Below, piece by piece: positions 62,001 to 64,000 of a stretch of DNA of 64,000 bases. Each line of letters starts with the position of its first letter. Position 1 is the first letter of the stretch. Below the pieces are notes generated by a model. It did no database searches. It was given only the letters and a program-made list of their open reading frames with translations, and was not told the DNA's origin. A program made the translations under genes and the position numbers. The DNA lies in the NCBI RefSeq assembly GCF_039654945.1, contig NW_027361738.1:81840001-81904000 (forward strand). Reading direction: 5' to 3'. This DNA comes from Dendrobates tinctorius. Taxonomy: Eukaryota.

Positions 62001-63720
62001 GGGAAAACGGATACTGCGCAGCTTTCTCTTGGTGAAGGCAAGTAATAATAGAATGTTTTTTAATTTATTGGCCTGAGTATCTGTAACTTAACTTGTTCTC
62101 ACTGGACAACCCCTTTAACATCTACTGCAGGACAGGTGACAGCTTGCTGATCAGTGGGGGCCCAGTCTCAGGACTCACACGGATCGGCTGAATGGAATTT
62201 TTTTTTTTTATCTCCGATGTGGCACCATTATCTCTGGTACAAAATATAGCGCCGATAGGTGATGACTTTTAATATCAAGCAAAAGGGTTATTTATTATTA
62301 AACTTTATGGATCTGGTTTATATGGAGATGAAACTTATATTTCAGATATTGTACATATTTGAGTCAGGACCACATTAAGGTCTGTAAAGGCTCCTTGACA
62401 AGTCATTGTATGCAAAGCACTTCTTCCAGAACATACAGGGAAAACTGAATAACTGCTTTCACAGAGTGCCCAAATAATACCTCCATACAGTGCTCAGATA
62501 ATAACTCAATACAGTGCTAAAATATGTCCATACAGTGCCTAAATAATATCTCCATACAGTGCCCAAATAATACCTCATGCAGTGCTCAAATAATGCCACA
62601 ATATAGCACCCAAAAATACCACCATATTGTGCCCAAATAATTCCACCATATACCACCTAAATAGCACTTTCATACAGTGCTCAAATAATATGTCCATACA
62701 GTGCTCAAATAATACCTCCATACAGTGTCCAAAAAATACCACCATATAGCACCAAGAAATAACATCATATAGCACTCAAATGATACCACCATATAGTGCA
62801 AAAATAATATCACATATAGCACCAAAATAATAATTCCATACAGTGCCCAAATAATACCTCCATATTATACTCATACACACCTGTGTCCATGTACTGTAAA
62901 AGGGTATATGAAAAAGAGTTCGCGAGACAGTGTTCCCTTTATGAACTGTGTTTTGGTCCGGTGCTCCTGGTAGAGGCTGGGCGGTGGATCCCCGGACAGT
63001 GGCTTCTTTTTGCCTGTGCTTTATTCATGCGACCTAAAGAGGTTGTCTTCTTTAGACAATCCCCATTTTTGTTAAGACTCTTCGGTATTTAATCTGTTAG
63101 CAAAGTGTCCTCCTTCTGAGTCCCCTGTAATCATCGTCAGCTGTGAGCTTTGGGGAGACCTGTCATTAAAGGGATATTCCCCGAATATCAATCACAGCTC
63201 ATTGGCTGAAAATCCAAGTGAATTGGTGGTCCTCTCCACACAGGGTGCACATGGTAGAGGCAGACAATCACATGTATGGAGGATCTAATATTAGACACTA
63301 GCTCAGCTGTGCCCCGGGGGCCATTACCAGATCACAGAGCAGCTGGAGGAGCAGCTAATGTCATCTGTGCATGTAGGACAGCAGGAGCCTGGAGTAAAAA
63401 CCAAGGGGCTGTGGGAAATGTAGTTTACAGGGGTCACATGGGCAGCAATGAAGGACCTCTCACTTCTCAGCGAGCAAAGAGACAAGTATGGAGGAGCTGG
63501 GGCCAGAACAAGATGGAAGACAGATCTCGGGTTATTATACGATAGGGAGGGAGGTGGGAAAAATTATAAATGATAATCCCCTTTAAGTGCTCTTTATTTA
63601 TTTTTTTTTGCTACAGAAATTGCAGAATTTTCATTTACTGCACACGATTCTTCAGAAACGGCGAGACCAGACGAAATTTTCATGTTATGTCAAGATTTCC
63701 TACAGAAGACTAAAATTCAT
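32263..63720 (+). CDS. PEX1: Peroxisomal AAA ATPase PEX1, N-terminal 498 codons (gene continues past the window). Exons 32263-32376, 34224-34364, 49485-49568, 50882-50996, 52037-52728, 61400-61519, 61914-62037, 63617-63720
   Basis: [18 protein letters not shown]...[17 protein letters not shown]|VFLKPC...[12 protein letters not shown]|[29 protein letters not shown]...PAASYGRLE...KVW|IPERLRK matches the PEX1 N-domains. Exon phases are consistent. Confidence 0.94.
34224..34364 (+). CDS. PEX1: PEX1 exon 2
   Basis: [17 protein letters not shown]...[17 protein letters not shown]. Confidence 0.9.
37321..37645. mobile_element. Palindromic T2/Kolobok-type MITE
   Basis: TTAT|AGGGGTATTCC ... GGAATACCCCT|TTAA; nearly the whole element is self-complementary. 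Confidence 0.7.
38508..40772 (-). CDS. UHRF1: Intronless E3 ubiquitin ligase UHRF1 (UBL-TTD-PHD-SRA-RING), 754 aa; probable retrogene nested antisense in PEX1 intron 2
   Basis: Single uninterrupted [16 protein letters not shown]...; TTD VDARD..GAWFEA..YPENG; PHD C4HC3; [33 protein letters not shown]; [24 protein letters not shown]. Kozak context GCCGCCATCATG with an in-frame upstream stop. Confidence 0.95.
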   Translation of the reverse strand: MWIQVRTMDGRETHRIDSLSKLTKVEELRERIQEVFGAEQDRQRLFYRGKQMEDGHTLFDYSVGLNDIVQLLLRQLPPPPPPPPVPATAEEPDDDSPMSETEPEEEPSARGLYRIKQPVDARDLHMGAWFEAEVVNVTRGSPGDPADDVIYHIQYEGYPENGVVQLRGQDVRPRARSTLSWEELRAGLVVMLNYNPEEPMERGYWYDAEILRKKEGKNSKELYAKLLMGDAGDPINDCKIVFVDEVFKIERPETPIPAETLPPTPEEVPAKPQTGPQCKLCKDDPKTKCRMCACHICGGKQDPEKQLLCDECDMAFHIYCLDPPLSALPDVDDWYCPDCRNDTSEVVLAGEKLKESKKKAKMASASSSSQRDWGKGMACVGRSRECTIVPSNHYGKIPGVPVGTMWKFRVQVSEAGVHRPHVAGIHGRSNDGSFSLVLAGGYEDDADDGTEFTYTGSGGRDLSGNKRTAEQSCDQKLTNMNRALAMNCNTPINNKEGAEAKDWKAGKPVRVVRNAKGSKHSKFAPEEGNRYDGIYKVVKYWPEKGKSGFLIWRYLLRRDDDEPAPWTKEGKERGKKLGLTMQYPEGYLESVANKEREKENLDSDELESPVKGKRKRKSVIDDDDDDDDEEGTQKKTKTELVYDLTPEQKELIEKDELNVKLWSEVMTHLKEGPKFISKVEETFLCICCQEVVYKPITTECLHNICKSCLDRSFKASVYSCPACRHDLGKNYDMRVNKPLQSVLGHLFPGYERGR
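40800..40985 (-). promoter_or_regulatory. Putative promoter of the intronless UHRF1
   Basis: TATAAA (40842-40847, - strand); E2F-like TGGCGGGA 40851-40858 and TTTCCCGCC 40949-40957; CCAAT boxes 40879-40883 and 40893-40897; RFX X-box GTTGTCATGGAAAC 40968-40981; CpG-rich. Confidence 0.7.
42224..43444 (+). mobile_element. Full-length Tc1/mariner element, DD36E (Incomer-type), 1221 bp
   Basis: Perfect 29-bp TIRs CACTCACTGGCCACTTTATTAGGTACACC, TA target duplication, intact transposase. Confidence 0.93.
42372..43412 (+). CDS. Tc1-like transposase, 346 aa, DD36E catalytic triad
   Basis: N-terminal HTH; [13 protein letters not shown] and [11 protein letters not shown] motifs; 36 residues counted between the second D and E. 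Confidence 0.93.
   Translation: MGKKGDLSAFERGMIVGARRAGLRISETADLLGFSRTTISRVYREWSEKEKKSSERQFCGRKCHVDARGQRRMGKLVRADRKATVTQIATRYNQGRQKSISERTVRRTLRQMGYSSRRPHWVPLLSAKNRKLRLQFAQAHRNWTVEDWKNVAWSDESRFLLRHSDGRVRIWRKQHESMDPSCLVSTVQAGGGGVMVWGIFSWHSLGPLVPIEHRCNATAYLSIVADHVHPFMTTMYPTSDGYFQQDNAPCHKARIISDWFLDHDNEFTVLKWPPQSPDLNPIEHLWDVVEREIRIRDVQPTNLRQLCDAIMSIWSKISEECFQHLVESLPRRIEAVLKAKGGPTRY
49485..49568 (+). CDS. PEX1: PEX1 exon 3
   Basis: [28 protein letters not shown]. Confidence 0.94.
49706..49909. repeat. ~200-bp near-perfect palindrome (~100-bp arms, ~6-nt loop)
   Basis: ATATGTCCAAAAAGATGAAAGCAGCACACCAAG... pairs with ...CTTGGTGTGCTGCTTTCATCTTTTTGGACATAT. Confidence 0.9.
50882..50996 (+). CDS. PEX1: PEX1 exon 4
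   Basis: [38 protein letters not shown]. Confidence 0.94.
51590..51900. repeat. Degenerate ~90-bp tandem repeat (GATAACACAGGATCCACCATTCACAATAGGTGATGTCACAGCTCACCTCC), 3-4 copies
   Basis: Recurring motif. Confidence 0.7.
52037..52728 (+). CDS. PEX1: PEX1 exon 5 (large exon)
   Basis: ORF 52042-52770; ctccag acceptor; KVW then gtcagt donor. Confidence 0.92.
54759..56260 (+). pseudogene. DIRS ORF1 (gag-like), disrupted
   Basis: ORFs 54947-55684 and 55733-56260 share a frame, broken by a TGA at 55682. [30 protein letters not shown] are typical of vertebrate DIRS ORF1. Confidence 0.75.
56212..58086 (+). pseudogene. DIRS reverse transcriptase / RNase H / methyltransferase-like ORF, with an in-frame stop at 57619
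   Basis: [59 protein letters not shown]; after the TGA, AADFLSR...DLLAS...YLFPP...PNWPRRSWF. Confidence 0.9.
58070..59548 (+). pseudogene. DIRS tyrosine recombinase, frameshifted and split by a MITE
   Basis: [44 protein letters not shown] motifs. Confidence 0.85.
58816..59268. mobile_element. Palindromic PIF/Harbinger MITE (453 bp) inserted in the DIRS YR gene
   Basis: TAA|GGCTAGTTTCACACTAGCG ... CGCTAGTGTGAAACTAGCC|TAA. Removing it restores [10 protein letters not shown]. Confidence 0.9.
60037..60384. mobile_element. PIF/Harbinger MITE
   Basis: TAA|GGCGATGTGCACACGCTGCGG ... CCGCAGCATGTGCACGTAGCC|TAA. Confidence 0.75.
61400..61519 (+). CDS. PEX1: PEX1 exon 6
   Basis: [40 protein letters not shown]; gtgagt donor. 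Confidence 0.9.
61914..62037 (+). CDS. PEX1: PEX1 exon 7 (GC donor)
   Basis: [22 protein letters not shown]...; donor AAG|GCAAGT gives the phase needed for exon 8. Confidence 0.82.
62460..62870. repeat. Degenerate ~25-bp minisatellite (CAGTGCCCAAATAATACCTCCATA)
   Basis: Recurring motif. Confidence 0.7.
63617..63720 (+). CDS. PEX1: PEX1 exon 8
   Basis: ctacag acceptor; IAEFSF...[16 protein letters not shown]; gtaaat donor. Confidence 0.82.
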
Positions 63721-64000
63721 GTAAATATCAAGTAAGATCATTTATTAGAGAAGTTGTGCCATGTGCTGGTAACGAGGGGCTCAGAACAATGTGGGAGGGA
63801 GATGACTAAGACATGTTAGATAGGTGTCCCAAAGAACCACTTATAGGCTGTTAAAATAATTACTTTATTGATCCATGAGTATAAAAGGTACAAAAAATGG
63901 TTGAACACAACGGCACAAAAATTAAAAAGGCAGAAAAGAGATATCTGCTGCACTCCCAGGCAACATGTTTCAGACCTACTTGGTCCAGGACGACGCAGGT

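Noticed and set aside
63940-64000. Possible minus-strand hammerhead motif
   Set aside because: The CTGANGA core is absent and the sequence is cut by the window edge.

Overview
Vertebrate genomic DNA, most likely a frog: the protein sequences and repeat families look anuran. Three intron-containing genes were reconstructed by hand from splice sites. (1) Calaxin CLXN/EFCAB1: + strand, 6 coding exons, 538-14760. (2) RBM48: - strand, 5 coding exons, 15391-31707, tail-to-tail with CLXN. (3) The first 8 coding exons of PEX1: + strand, from 32263, head-to-head with RBM48. The standout feature is an intact, intronless 754-codon UHRF1 gene (38508-40772, - strand) nested antisense in PEX1 intron 2. It has a compact promoter-like motif cluster (TATA-like, 2x CCAAT, 2x E2F-like, RFX X-box). 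All five folded domains (UBL, TTD, PHD, SRA, RING) are intact, but the three regulatory linkers differ sharply from canonical UHRF1, so it looks like a functional, re-wired retrogene. Mobile DNA includes an apparently intact DD36E (Incomer-type) Tc1/mariner element, a structurally complete but mutated DIRS1 tyrosine-recombinase retrotransposon with a palindromic Harbinger MITE in its recombinase, a 3.1-kb TTAA piggyBac-type non-autonomous element with internal ~390-bp repeats, CR1, Tc1 and Penelope-like relics, and many MITEs. Large minisatellites fill several introns almost end to end. Most ORFs in the supplied track are translations of these repeats.
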